Program-made: the position numbers and the translations under genes | Notes under the pieces: generated by a model | The model's database searches: none | Seen by the model: only the letters and a program-made list of their open reading frames with translations | What the model was told of the DNA's origin: nothing | NCBI RefSeq assembly: GCF_963921235.1 | Contig: NC_086118.1 | Span: forward strand, 17,486,001-17,550,000 | DNA length: 64,000 nt | Direction of reading: 5' to 3' | From: Mobula hypostoma | Lineage: Eukaryota | In this document: positions 25,632-38,736 of the stretch, in pieces | Layout of the letters: each line of letters begins with the position of its first letter | Position numbering within the stretch: position 1 is the stretch's first letter

Positions 25632-27702
25632 AATATGGCTCCTGTGTTTGTGCCCATTATTGTCACTTACACTTCCTCAACATTGATATTTGACTATTTA
25701 TTTGATACTTTAATTTATAGAGGCCATTAACCATTTTCAGCAATGGAAGTGAAAGCTGGCATGTCTATCACATCTGTAAACCGCCCAATTCTTTCCCAGG
25801 GTCAATTTCCTGCTATGTGTATATTCTTTGAAAGTGAACAGCTTCAATGCCATTTGTAGCACACAATGATAGCAAGAATCAGATGTCTTATTGTGGAATG
25901 TCTTGGACTCTTTAATAGTCTCAAAGTGTCCTGTGGCTGGTTCTCAACAATATTCATTTCTGTAGTTAGTTGCTGTGGTCTGAGTTTGAACATTTTTTCT
26001 TCTCAGCAAAAATATCCCATCAATCCAGAGACAAGAAAACTGATAAAACTCTAATCCACAAGTACGTCAAGCAATAAAGGCATTGCATTTATCAAAATTG
26101 TTTGGGGCTGTTAAACCTCCAAGACATGAAGAGAGAAAGACTTATTTATTTCATACTTCTAATGAACTTGAGACAATTCAAAATGCTCTATCGGCAGAGA
26201 GGTGCTTCAGAAGTGTATTCAAGTCCATAATCTTGGAAATACAGTGCTGAATGAGATCCCACATTATCGGCAGAGTAGACTTCAGTGGCATAGTTCTTTC
26301 ACAGAAACAACAGGTCGATAGGTTAATTGGTCACTCTAGTGTGCAGGTGAGTAGTAGAATCTGGCGGAGGGGTGATGAGAATGTGGGGAGAATTAAAAAT
26401 GTGATTCATGTAGGAATCATTTAAATGGATGGTTGATGGTCACAATGGAGCTGGTTCTGTGCTGTATGACTCTAATATCAGTCAAACCCCCAGGTGAGGA
26501 TATGTGTCCAGGTAATTGGTGAGCAAGTACTGTTGACAACATTGTGCTGATTATTATGATGATTGGATGGTAGTTGATTAGAAGCTTCTCTGAATTTCCA
26601 CTTTGTATAGTCTCAATAGATCCTTTCGATGATTCAGTATGAGCTTGTTGCAGCAAACCAAATGCACCAGTTCCTCTCTTTGATCTGTTCTATCTATCAG
26701 GAACACTAGCAATCACTGATAAACTCCAGTGTGGTTCAGCGGAGATTGAACAGAGCAGCCTGGCAGTGAATCAGACATGCAGAAAAAATATCATCCTTCT
26801 CAAGTGCTGACATACACTGCACGGAGGAGATGTGTCAGATTATTTTCTTCGTATTTTGATAGTAGTAAACTGACTGTGAGTGTCACCAAAAAAGGGATAC
26901 TGCAGCCTTGTGTAGCTTTTATATAGAATCTAGTCAATTGGGTCATGATCCTCACATTGTGTGTGGCTCAAAAGCTGTTATTTTCCTAAGCAAGACCGAA
27001 ACTGATCTGTGATTTTAATCATTTACTGTAACAAAATCTGGAAGTCTCGGGGTTGTCTACATCCAGAGCACTAAAGGCTTGATTTTGAAGGATCACTCAA
27101 TTGAAGTCATTCATTCTCAATTGTTATATTCTCAACCATGCTCAATAAATTTCATTTTTCTGTGATAGATCGAATCATGTTCTAACCTTCTCAATCAGTG
27201 AAGGAAGCAGCAACACACAGTGTTCACTAACATTTAACAACCTCCTAAGCTAACTCCACCTCTCCTCCCAAAAGCCAAATCAGACATGAATCATAAATTG
27301 ATTTTACATTGTGAACACAGACCTCTCTTCCTTAACAGAGTACCAAGCCAACATTTAGGCCATAAGACATAGGAGCAGAATTAGACCATTCAACCATCGA
27401 GTCTGCTCTACCATTCCATCATGGCTAATTGTTTTATTTTCCCTCGCAAACCCATTTCAGTCATTAACACAAGGGATATATTTTGGTTAACATTTTGCCA
27501 TGCCAATTGCAGTGTCTTTACAGTGGGAAGTCCATTCAGCTTTCTCATGATATCACATGGCATGAAATGGCTGAAGACATCATCTTTGATGTTGAGAGTA
27601 GAGAAACATGGATCTTGACAAAGAAGTTTGTGATGCATCAGTCTAGGAATTTTTGCACCCAAGTGCTAGGCTCTGCCATGGTTAAGGGTGCTGAAACTCT
27701 TA

Positions 27703-28608
27703 GGTTACGTCCACACTAGACTGGATAATTTTGAAAACGCCGATTTCGCGTAAAAACGACAGGCGTCCATACCAGGCGTTTTTAAAAATATCTCCGCCCA
27801 CATTAGAACGGATATTTGGGCAGATCTCCTCCTACTGGGCATGCGCAGGACACACAGAAAATGAGCGAAGAGGAAACGGTATACTTGTTGCACATTTGTC
27901 CAGTTACAGACTAGAAAAATTTAAATGTAATTGCTGTTGGCTCTTGCACAGAAAGACTTAAAACTTGAAAAAAACAAATACTGGAGCGTATGGAGGCAAC
28001 TGACAGGGAGTTCACGGACAGTATGTCCCGTCTGACGACGAACATTGAAAAACTGACCAACTCTGTTGCATTAATAAGGCACCTTGTTAAATGTATAAAA
28101 CATGTCTGCATCAGTGTTATCTTGTATTTCCATACAATGTTACACTAGGCTGTTACACATCTATTGACAGAGAAGTACTTGCATAAATAGGTAAACCACC
28201 TTCATACAAGCAAGGACAGAAAACAGGGCAAAGTGAGTATACTTACTTATTCAGTAAGCTATGGGTCAAAGTATTTGGTGAGTACATTTCTAACCCTTCT
28301 GGCTTAAGTCTTGTTGCTGTCTGTTCTGAAATTATTAGGTTGTGTGAGAGGTTGCATTCAAGAAAACAATGAAATACCGCACTGCCGCCATCTGCTCCGG
28401 CATGTCATGACAGCGTTTTTAAAATATCCGTTTACCCCGTCCACACTGCTCTGCACAATCGACGTTTTTAAATTTACACACTCTGGAGGGTGTTTTAGAA
28501 AATCTCCGTATTCAGGGGAGGAAAACGCCGTTTCAGTGTGGATGGAGGGTCAAAACGAAGAGAAAAAACTTCGGTTATGGAGTTATCCAGTCTAGTGTGG
28601 ACGTATCC
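27703..28608. mobile_element. PIF/Harbinger-like non-autonomous DNA transposon
   Basis: 26-bp TIRs ggttacgtccacactagactggataa and ttatccagtctagtgtggacgtatcc (one mismatch). TTA on the left flank; the right TSD is not retained. Confidence 0.8.
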
Positions 28609-28659
28609 ATCCTTTGACAGATGTGGCTGGACTATGGGTGTGCTGTAGAGAAGCAAGCA

Positions 28660-28900
28660 GAATAGCTTCAGTGGCCCAGGTTCAATTTTGACCTCGGTTT
28701 GCAGTGTGTGGCAGGTTTGTGTGTTCTCCCTGTAACAAGCTGGGTTTCATCCCACATCCCAAAGATGTGTGGGTTGGTAGGGTAATTGCCCACAGTTTAT
28801 TTGTCCCTAGTATGGAGTTGGACGGTAGAGTCGGGAGGTGTAGATGGGTATTTAGGGAGAATAACATGGGGTTAGACAGGATTAATGTAAACTGTTCCCT
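28660..28900 (+). mobile_element. Degraded tRNA-derived SINE
   Basis: ggttcaatt B box and cccacatcccaaagatgtgtgggttggtagggtaattg body. Confidence 0.6.
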
Positions 28901-29631
28901 TGCTGCATCCTTCTGTGATTCTACAACTGCAGAGATTTAATTATTTTCTGACTGATGTGCATGGTTTGACTCAACCTTCCGCATGTTGTTTCTGCTATCT
29001 AGCTTGCACATGGTTACATGTTACATTCACCAATTTTTATATTTAAAAAAATATATTTTTAAATATATTTCTGATGTTCTGGTATTCTCTTGTATATTCC
29101 TTAACAGATCAGGATTGGTCCCTGGCATATTTGTAAGAGTGGGAGATATACTGGACAGTGCAATTATATGGTTTCGAGAAGGCACTGAGCTGCGATGCCT
29201 GTCAATGTCGTGACAAACTTTAGGATCATAGGGATGGTTTTTTGGACAGAGAGTGGAGTTAGGAGTCAGGCTCGGGGCTGGGGACAGGGATGAGGGGGAA
29301 TTAGAGATCGGGGTGGTAAATGATGATTCTGGGCAGGAGGTCAAGCACTCTGCAGTCAAATGTCAGCAATCCTGGAAGTCATGTTGCAAGTGCTAAGGAG
29401 ACTAGTGATCCCCGGGTCAGGGAGGAATCCCAGGTTGGAAGTCCATAAGGGCAGGTAGCCCCTGGTATGAATATGAGGCACAAGGACCAGTGACCGCTTC
29501 GATCTCCAGGTCAGAGGTCTATGAGAGTTCAGAAGTAGGGATTCGAAGGTCAAACTGGTGAGGTCCAGACTGGGAAAGCCAAAGGTCAAAGCTGATGGTC
29601 AAAGACCGAAGGTAGAGGCCTGAAGAAGTTA

Positions 29632-32600
29632 TGAAGTCTGAAGGAGTCACAAGGGCTGGGCCACCAGAGTCAGAGGTCCGTTGAGGCCCAAAGGTCAAAC
29701 CTGTGATCGACATCTTGGGGTGAAGTCTGAAGGAGTCACAAGGGCTGGGCCACCAGAGTCAGAGGTCCGTTGAGGCCCAAAGGTCAAACCTGTGATCGAC
29801 ATCTTGGGGTGAAGTCTGAAGGAGTCACAAGGGCTGGGCCACCAGAGTCAGAGGTCCGTTGAGGCCCAAAGGTCAAACCTGTGATCGACATCTTGGGGTG
29901 AAGTCTGAAGGAGTCACAAGGGCTGGGCCACCAGAGTCAGAGGTCCGTTGAGGCCCAAAGGTCAAACCTGTGATCGACATCTTGGGGTGAAGTCTGAAGG
30001 AGTCACAAGGGCTGGGCCACCAGAGTCAGAGGTCCGTTGAGGCCCAAAGGTCAAACCTGTGATCGACATCTTGGGGTGAAGTCTGAAGGAGTCACAAGGG
30101 CTGGGCCACCAGAGTCAGAGGTCCGTTGAGGCCCAAAGGTCAAACCTGTGATCGACATCTTGGGGTGAAGTCTGAAGGAGTCACAAGGGCTGGGCCACCA
30201 GAGTCAGAGGTCCGTTGAGGCCCAAAGGTCAAACCTGTGATCGACATCTTGGGGTGAAGTCTGAAGGAGTCACAAGGGCTGGGCCACCAGAGTCAGAGGT
30301 CCGTTGAGGCCCAAAGGTCAAACCTGTGATCGACATCTTGGGGTGAAGTCTGAAGGAGTCACAAGGGCTGGGCCACCAGAGTCAGAGGTCCGTTGAGGCC
30401 CAAAGGTCAAACCTGTGATCGACATCTTGGGGTGAAGTCTGAAGGAGTCACAAGGGCTGGGCCACCAGAGTCAGAGGTCCGTTGAGGCCCAAAGGTCAAA
30501 CCTGTGATCGACATCTTGGGGTGAAGTCTGAAGGAGTCACAAGGGCTGGGCCACCAGAGTCAGAGGTCCGTTGAGGCCCAAAGGTCAAACCTGTGATCGA
30601 CATCTTGGGGTGAAGTCTGAAGGAGTCACAAGGGCTGGGCCACCAGAGTCAGAGGTCCGTTGAGGCCCAAAGGTCAAACCTGTGATCGACATCTTGGGGT
30701 GAAGTCTGAAGGAGTCACAAGGGCTGGGCCACCAGAGTCAGAGGTCCGTTGAGGCCCAAAGGTCAAACCTGTGATCGACATCTTGGGGTGAAGTCTGAAG
30801 GAGTCACAAGGGCTGGGCCACCAGAGTCAGAGGTCCGTTGAGGCCCAAAGGTCAAACCTGTGATCGACATCTTGGGGTGAAGTCTGAAGGAGTCACAAGG
30901 GCTGGGCCACCAGAGTCAGAGGTCCGTTGAGGCCCAAAGGTCAAACCTGTGATCGACATCTTGGGGTGAAGTCTGAAGGAGTCACAAGGGCTGGGCCACC
31001 AGAGTCAGAGGTCCGTTGAGGCCCAAAGGTCAAACCTGTGATCGACATCTTGGGGTGAAGTCTGAAGGAGTCACAAGGGCTGGGCCACCAGAGTCAGAGG
31101 TCCGTTGAGGCCCAAAGGTCAAACCTGTGATCGACATCTTGGGGTGAAGTCTGAAGGAGTCACAAGGGCTGGGCCACCAGAGTCAGAGGTCCGTTGAGGC
31201 CCAAAGGTCAAACCTGTGATCGACATCTTGGGGTGAAGTCTGAAGGAGTCACAAGGGCTGGGCCACCAGAGTCAGAGGTCCGTTGAGGCCCAAAGGTCAA
31301 ACCTGTGATCGACATCTTGGGGTGAAGTCTGAAGGAGTCACAAGGGCTGGGCCACCAGAGTCAGAGGTCCGTTGAGGCCCAAAGGTCAAACCTGTGATCG
31401 ACATCTTGGGGTGAAGTCTGAAGGAGTCACAAGGGCTGGGCCACCAGAGTCAGAGGTCCGTTGAGGCCCAAAGGTCAAACCTGTGATCGACATCTTGGGG
31501 TGAAGTCTGAAGGAGTCACAAGGGCTGGGCCACCAGAGTCAGAGGTCCGTTGAGGCCCAAAGGTCAAACCTGTGATCGACATCTTGGGGTGAAGTCTGAA
31601 GGAGTCACAAGGGCTGGGCCACCAGAGTCAGAGGTCCGTTGAGGCCCAAAGGTCAAACCTGTGATCGACATCTTGGGGTGAAGTCTGAAGGAGTCACAAG
31701 GGCTGGGCCACCAGAGTCAGAGGTCCGTTGAGGCCCAAAGGTCAAACCTGTGATCGACATCTTGGGGTGAAGTCTGAAGGAGTCACAAGGGCTGGGCCAC
31801 CAGAGTCAGAGGTCCGTTGAGGCCCAAAGGTCAAACCTGTGATCGACATCTTGGGGTGAAGTCTGAAGGAGTCACAAGGGCTGGGCCACCAGAGTCAGAG
31901 GTCCGTTGAGGCCCAAAGGTCAAACCTGTGATCGACATCTTGGGGTGAAGTCTGAAGGAGTCACAAGGGCTGGGCCACCAGAGTCAGAGGTCCGTTGAGG
32001 CCCAAAGGTCAAACCTGTGATCGACATCTTGGGGTGAAGTCTGAAGGAGTCACAAGGGCTGGGCCACCAGAGTCAGAGGTCCGTTGAGGCCCAAAGGTCA
32101 AACCTGTGATCGACATCTTGGGGTGAAGTCTGAAGGAGTCACAAGGGCTGGGCCACCAGAGTCAGAGGTCCGTTGAGGCCCAAAGGTCAAACCTGTGATC
32201 GACATCTTGGGGTGAAGTCTGAAGGAGTCACAAGGGCTGGGCCACCAGAGTCAGAGGTCCGTTGAGGCCCAAAGGTCAAACCTGTGATCGACATCTTGGG
32301 GTGAAGTCTGAAGGAGTCACAAGGGCTGGGCCACCAGAGTCAGAGGTCCGTTGAGGCCCAAAGGTCAAACCTGTGATCGACATCTTGGGGTGAAGTCTGA
32401 AGGAGTCACAAGGGCTGGGCCACCAGAGTCAGAGGTCCGTTGAGGCCCAAAGGTCAAACCTGTGATCGACATCTTGGGGTGAAGTCTGAAGGAGTCACAA
32501 GGGCTGGGCCACCAGAGTCAGAGGTCCGTTGAGGCCCAAAGGTCAAACCTGTGATCGACATCTTGGGGTGAAGTCTGAAGGAGTCACAAGGGCTGGGCCA

Positions 32601-33915
32601 CCAGAGTCAGAGGTCCGTTGAGGCCCAAAGGTCAAACCTGTGATCGACATCTTGGGGTGAAGTCTGAAGGAGTCACAAGGGCTGGGCCACCAGAGTCAGA
32701 GGTCCGTTGAGGCCCAAAGGTCAAACCTGTGATCGACATCTTGGGGTGAAGTCTGAAGGAGTCACAAGGGCTGGGCCACCAGAGTCAGAGGTCCGTTGAG
32801 GCCCAAAGGTCAAACCTGTGATCGACATCTTGGGGTGAAGTCTGAAGGAGTCACAAGGGCTGGGCCACCAGAGTCAGAGGTCCGTTGAGGCCCAAAGGTC
32901 AAACCTGTGATCGACATCTTGGGGTGAAGTCTGAAGGAGTCACAAGGGCTGGGCCACCAGAGTCAGAGGTCCGTTGAGGCCCAAAGGTCAAACCTGTGAT
33001 CGACATCTTGGGGTGAAGTCTGAAGGAGTCACAAGGGCTGGGCCACCAGAGTCAGAGGTCCGTTGAGGCCCAAAGGTCAAACCTGTGATCGACATCTTGG
33101 GGTGAAGTCTGAAGGAGTCACAAGGGCTGGGCCACCAGAGTCAGAGGTCCGTTGAGGCCCAAAGGTCAAACCTGTGATCGACATCTTGGGGTGAAGTCTG
33201 AAGGAGTCACAAGGGCTGGGCCACCAGAGTCAGAGGTCCGTTGAGGCCCAAAGGTCAAACCTGTGATCGACATCTTGGGGTGAAGTCTGAAGGAGTCACA
33301 AGGGCTGGGCCACCAGAGTCAGAGGTCCGTTGAGGCCCAAAGGTCAAACCTGTGATCGACATCTTGGGGTGAAGTCTGAAGGAGTCACAAGGGCTGGGCC
33401 ACCAGAGTCAGAGGTCCGTTGAGGCCCAAAGGTCAAACCTGTGATCGACATCTTGGGGTGAAGTCTGAAGGAGTCACAAGGGCTGGGCCACCAGAGTCAG
33501 AGGTCCGTTGAGGCCCAAAGGTCAAACCTGTGATCGACATCTTGGGGTGAAGTCTGAAGGAGTCACAAGGGCTGGGCCACCAGAGTCAGAGGTCCGTTGA
33601 GGCCCAAAGGTCAAACCTGTGATCGACATCTTGGGGTGAAGTCTGAAGGAGTCACAAGGGCTGGGCCACCAGAGTCAGAGGTCCGTTGAGGCCCAAAGGT
33701 CAAACCTGTGATCGACATCTTGGGGTGAAGTCTGAAGGAGTCACAAGGGCTGGGCCACCAGAGTCAGAGGTCCGTTGAGGCCCAAAGGTCAAACCTGTGA
33801 TCGACATCTTGGGGTGAAGTCTGAAGGAGTCACAAGGGCTGGGCCACCAGAGTCAGAGGTCCGTTGAGGCCCAAAGGTCAAACCTGTGATCGACATCTTG
33901 GGGTGAAGTCTGAAG
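29632..33915. repeat. Tandem array of 48 x 89 bp plus a 12-bp partial unit
   Basis: Unit TGAAGTCTGAAGGAGTCACAAGGGCTGGGCCACCAGAGTCAGAGGTCCGTTGAGGCCCAAAGGTCAAACCTGTGATCGACATCTTGGGG. 33904-29632 = 4272 = 48 x 89. No variant seen by eye. Confidence 0.97.
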
Positions 33916-34473
33916 TTGGAGACCTGATGTCTGTGAGTCCGAGAATCCGGGGATAAAGACTGGAGGCCTGGAGGCAGTTGCCCTAGAGTTGGAGGCCTGT
34001 CTGGGGGTGTGAGTGAGCAGGTGGGAGCAATTTAAAGGGGATTTATTTTGCAGTTGTGAACACAAGAGATTCAGCAGATGCTGGAAATCCAGAGCAATAC
34101 ACAGACAAAATACCAGAGGAACTTAACAGGTCAGGCAACATCTATGAAAATAAATAAAGGGTTGACATTTCAGGCTGAGACCATCAGGACTGGAAAGAAA
34201 GGGGAAAGATGCCAGAATCGGAAGGTGGGAGAAGGATAACTAGAAGGTGATAGGTGAAGCCAGATGGGTGGGGTCAAGGTGGGGAATTGTGTGTCTTTTG
34301 CTGTTGCTGCTGCCTGGGCTTGTAGAAGATTTTGGGCTATAATGTTGGTGCTAGAACGTATGGTGACACTTGCAGGCTGCCCCCAGCACATCCTTGGGTC
34401 TGCTGATTGTTATCACAATGGTGAATTTCACCGTATATATTGATGTACATGTGATAAATAAATCTGAATCTGA
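33916..34473 (+). mobile_element. 3' end of a non-autonomous retroelement that probably hosts the array, interrupted by an old reverse pLTR-like repeat (~34060-34290)
   Basis: Tail gtacatgtgataaataaatctgaatctgaa. The insert resembles a Penelope pLTR (gcagatgctggaaat..gacatttcaggctgagaccatcaggac). Confidence 0.6.
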
Positions 34474-35449
34474 ACATGGTGGGTTTCAGGTCTGTTTATG
34501 CCGATGCTCCATGTTGCCTGAAAGATCCATAATTCTTATTAGGTAGATCTGATCTTACTTTGTCCTAGCAGTGCCTCATATGTTCTTCATGTGAACATAT
34601 GCCATTTGTCTTGAGAGAGACCGTGTGATCACTTCAAACCGTGACAACCACAGACTCCTCTGCAGTGTCTACTCATCCCCACAGTCGGGCTGCTCAACAA
34701 GTTCGGCAATTATGCTTGTGAGTATGCACATTCCAGCTAATTAGTGTTCCATTGTGGTGGTATCTAACTCCCTTTCTCTCATTCTAGTCTCATCGAGACT
34801 TGACCAAAGGCACAGCAAAGTTTATGTTCGCTGTTTACTCTTGTCCTTGTTTGGGTACCACTTCGACAGACTACCTTTGTGACAGACGCTGTAAAGGAGT
34901 GGTATTTATTTAGTATTTAGTTATTGCTTCCAGCCATGTTGTTGGCATATAACTTTCAGACTGAGACTTTTACTTGGCCTAGCATTTATTGCTTTTCTTT
35001 TCCTTTAAATTCTGCAACAGTTCTCTATAAAGTCAGTGAACTGTTGACCAGCATGAGTGTGTCTTCCCCCGCACTTAGGCCATATCTGAATGTTTTGACA
35101 CAAACAATACGCCATCAGTTTATGTACATAGACTACGGAGGCATAGTCAAGGATGTTATCCTTCTTGGTGGTTCTAGCTTGGCTGGCTCTGTCATCTATT
35201 CTTGATGATAGACAATAACGTCTCCTAACCTTTCTATGCAGTGAAAGAAGAATTGGATCCTCAGCTAGAGGACAGGAAGTGGTAATCATCAGGTTTTTTT
35301 TTGACACAATGTCATTAGATTTCTTGAAACTGGGAAACCCCCACAGCTGTACTATGTTCTTGGTCAGTTCTTATAAATTGATAAGTGTGTCAGCATAGTG
35401 TCCCTCTTTGGACTAAGTGGTGCACTGGGAATTTCCTCTGCAGTTGGAT

Positions 35450-35995
35450 CATAAGATCATAAGATATAGGAGCAGAAGTAGGGCATTTGGCCAATCGAGT
35501 CTGCTAAGCCATTCAATCATGGGCTGATTCAATTCTTCCAGTCATCCCCACTCCCCTGCTTGCACCCCGTATCCTTTGATGCCCTGGCTAATCAAGAACC
35601 TATCTATCTCTGCCTTAAATACACCCAATGACTTGGCCTCCATAACCGCTCACGGCAACAAATTTCACAGATTTACCACCCTCTGACTAAAGTAATTTCT
35701 CCGCATCTCAGTTCTAAATGGATGTCCTTCAATCCTGAAGTCATGCCCTCTTGCCATAGAATCCCTTACCATGGGAAATAGCTTTGCTATATCTAATCTG
35801 TTCAGGCCTTTTAACATTCAGAATGTTTCTATGAGATCTCCCCTCATTCTCCTGAACTCCAGGGAATATAGCTGAAAAGCTGCCAGATGTTCCTCATATG
35901 GTAGCCCTTTCATTCCTGGAATCATTCTTGTGAATCTTCTCTGAACCCTCCCCAATGTCAGTACTGTATATCCTTTCTAAAATAAGGAGCCCAAA
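35450..35995 (-). mobile_element. CR1 3' fragment
   Basis: cataagatcataagatataggagcagaag tail and CR1 ORF2 C-terminal sequence. Confidence 0.85.
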
Positions 35996-36400
35996 ATTCA
36001 AAATAGCATATATAAAAAAGTTATATTTTGAATACACTTTCCAGTTATTTTCCATCTTGGTAAATGTTTTTTCTCATCTCAAATATAACGTTGGGATTCT
36101 TAATCCCAAATAATAACTAAATATTCTGGAGAGTAGCCAGGATGACGGTCAGAAGGCACAAGAAACCGTAGGATATGACTTTCGCCACTTTGCTGCTCCC
36201 TCTTTCTTACACATTCTTACTGGCCCATGCTCAGTTAGCTTGAACTGATGAAAGGTTTGAGACCTGAAGTACTTACTCTATCACTCTATGCACAGATGTT
36301 ACCTGACCTGCTGAGTGTTTCTGGCAATACTCTGTTTTTAGTTTCGACCCCCTGCATCCACAGATTTGATGACATATCTGAGGAGGTAGAAGGGATTAAG

Positions 36401-36662
36401 CCTCCGTAGCGTAGTGGTTAGTGCTACACTATTACAGCTCGGGGCACCAGAATTTGGAGTTCATTTCCAGCATCATGTGTAAAGAGTCCATACGTCCTCC
36501 CTGTGGAATGCAGGGGTTTTCCCCCAGGTGCTCTGGTTTCTTCCCACAGTCCAAAAGCATACCCGGGGGGGTGGGGGGGGGTTGCTAGGCAGTGTGGCTC
36601 AAAGAGCCAGAAGGGCATATTCCTCACTTTATCTCAATAAATAAATGAATGAATAAATAAAT
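36401..36662 (+). mobile_element. tRNA-derived SINE
   Basis: gtagcgtagtggttag A box, ggagttca B-box-like motif, ggtgctctggtttcttcccacagtccaaa body, (AAAT)n tail. Confidence 0.8.
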
Positions 36663-36849
36663 ACATACACCCAATTGATCAGTGCATATGTCATGTTTTA
36701 GAGTGCCATAACTTGTAGGAACTGTGACCAGAGTTTTCTCTTATTTTTGCTGTTGTTGGGGGGGGGGGCGGGGAGGAGGGTGAGAATGGGAAGGAGTTGC
36801 CTCTATGTAACTATGATGTCATTTCCTGTCAGGTTTTCAAATGATAGGG

Positions 36850-37185
36850 AAGCTAGAGTCATGGAGTGACAGTGCAGCAACAGGTTCTTGGCCCAGAGTC
36901 CACACTGACCATGAAGCACCCATTTACACAAACCCATCTTACTCTCTCTACTTTTCCCGTCAACTCCCTCCTGACTGTACCCCTCATCTGCCCACTAGGG
37001 ACAATTTACAATGGCTAATTCACCTACCAATCTGCTTGTCTTTGGGATTTGGAAAGAAACCAGAGAACTGAGAAAAAAAAATACATGCAGTCGCATAAAA
37101 AACATACAAACTCTACACAGATTGCTTTGGAGGTCAATATTGAACTTGGTGTCTAGAGGTATGAGATAGGATCTTTACTACATGT
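36850..37185 (-). mobile_element. Degraded tRNA-derived SINE
   Basis: Reverse of the SINE body (gggacaatttacaatggctaatt..ggaaagaaaccagagaac). Confidence 0.6.
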
Positions 37186-38736
37186 GGCAGTGTAGAAGTT
37201 TCCCAGTGCTTTCACATAAGAGCCAGAGATACATTTTGTTCCATTTTAATAATCTGCAAAACCATATAAAGTTTGAAAATCTGAAGTGCAAAAGCTGGAA
37301 ATCTGAAATAAGAGGCAAAAATATCAGACACATTCGCCCGGTAAGGCAGTACCTGTCGGGAGAGAGTGGATGCTTCAGGTTGAAGGCCTTTAACCGGAAT
37401 TTTCTTTCTCTATCTACAGCTGCTGCTTAATCTGCTGAGAATCTCCAATACTTTTTGTTTCACTTTCTTGTCTATTTACTGCATATCTTTGTGCTGCACC
37501 TTCTCTGTTCCAGAAAGGTAAACCATTCATTAAAAACTTGCAGGCCAGGAATACTTGTGCAAGACTGCATTGGATCAATAGTTCACAAGAACAAGAGTTA
37601 ACAAATGGCAGTCTGGGGAGAATAAAGAACAATATTCAAAGCACTGAGTGACATTATTTAACCCTTGTCAGAAGGTCCATTGGAAGCTTCCATCCAGAAC
37701 AGAAATGTTGCTTTGATTTCAGCCTCTCCAACTTTATGATTGCGCCAATTAAAATAGCACAGCAATGTGCTTGGACATATAAGGAAACAATAAAAAAGAC
37801 ATTTTGCAGCACTCATTTTTGCTGATTGACATTATGCCCCTGGTTATAAGAAAATAAAAGATAACAAGAGACAAGAAAGCCAGTTGGCTCACCAGGACCA
37901 TTCTGTGCCTCGTATGTTACATACCCTTTCATGGACACTGAGTTGCTGATTTGATTTCATGAGGGAATGAGGCAAACACAGCTGAAGCCTTAACGGATTT
38001 TGAGTTTTCACTCAGTTTAAACCCGCAACATTCAACCATGGCTACTTACTCTCAGCTGCTGCCACCTTTACGGTTTATGAAGCACAGGAATGATTGTGTG
38101 TTTGATTTATGGTGCTGCAAGTAACTTTCAGCCCTGTATTAACCAGATTTTTCTGCAGTTCTTTTGATTTTGTGCTTGGGTCTCCCAGTCCTGCGATCAC
38201 AGTCCAAGGTAAATAGCTTGCTTTCATCTGCATCATCCACCCTGCTCATCAAGCGAAGGAACTGGATCATGTCCAATTTCAAGCCTTTTTCCAATGAAAA
38301 CAAACTCGGCTTGTGAAGTCTCTTTTCACTGCCTCTAATTTCAGGCTATGGGATGAGCCTAGCTGTTCTTCATAAACTCTTCTCACAAATTCAGTGCCCT
38401 CTGATGGGAAATGTCCAGAACTGCCCTCAATAATCTTAATTGCAATCAGAACAATAATTTTACGTCCAATTACAATAAGCAGTTCCAACCTTAGTTCAGT
38501 GTAGATGGCATCCATTTTATTTCTTCAGCCCTTTTGTTGGCAGTTTCAAATCAACTGATTATATAATTATATTTATATATTATTTAAAATATATATCTTT
38601 ATCTTCAGCTTCATACATTCATGAGAGATTGGAAGCAGTGACTAGGCTGCATACACTGCTTATCATTAACTGCTAATGAAAAGGTGGTGGCCTGCTTGAA
38701 CAGCTGAGCTCTTTTGGTGAAGGTACTCCCACATAA

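Noticed and set aside
29632..33915. CRISPR array, coding repeat or ribozyme concatemer
   Set aside because: No variable spacers and no cas genes, in a vertebrate context. 89 is not a multiple of 3 and no long ORF crosses the array. I found no CTGANGA/GAAA hammerhead core on either strand.
34560..34725. Possible host exon ending at a gtgagt donor; similar candidates at ~41505-41530 and ~41970
   Set aside because: Splice-like signals are present, but the peptides are unrecognisable and no consistent exon chain can be built. RNA-seq would be needed.
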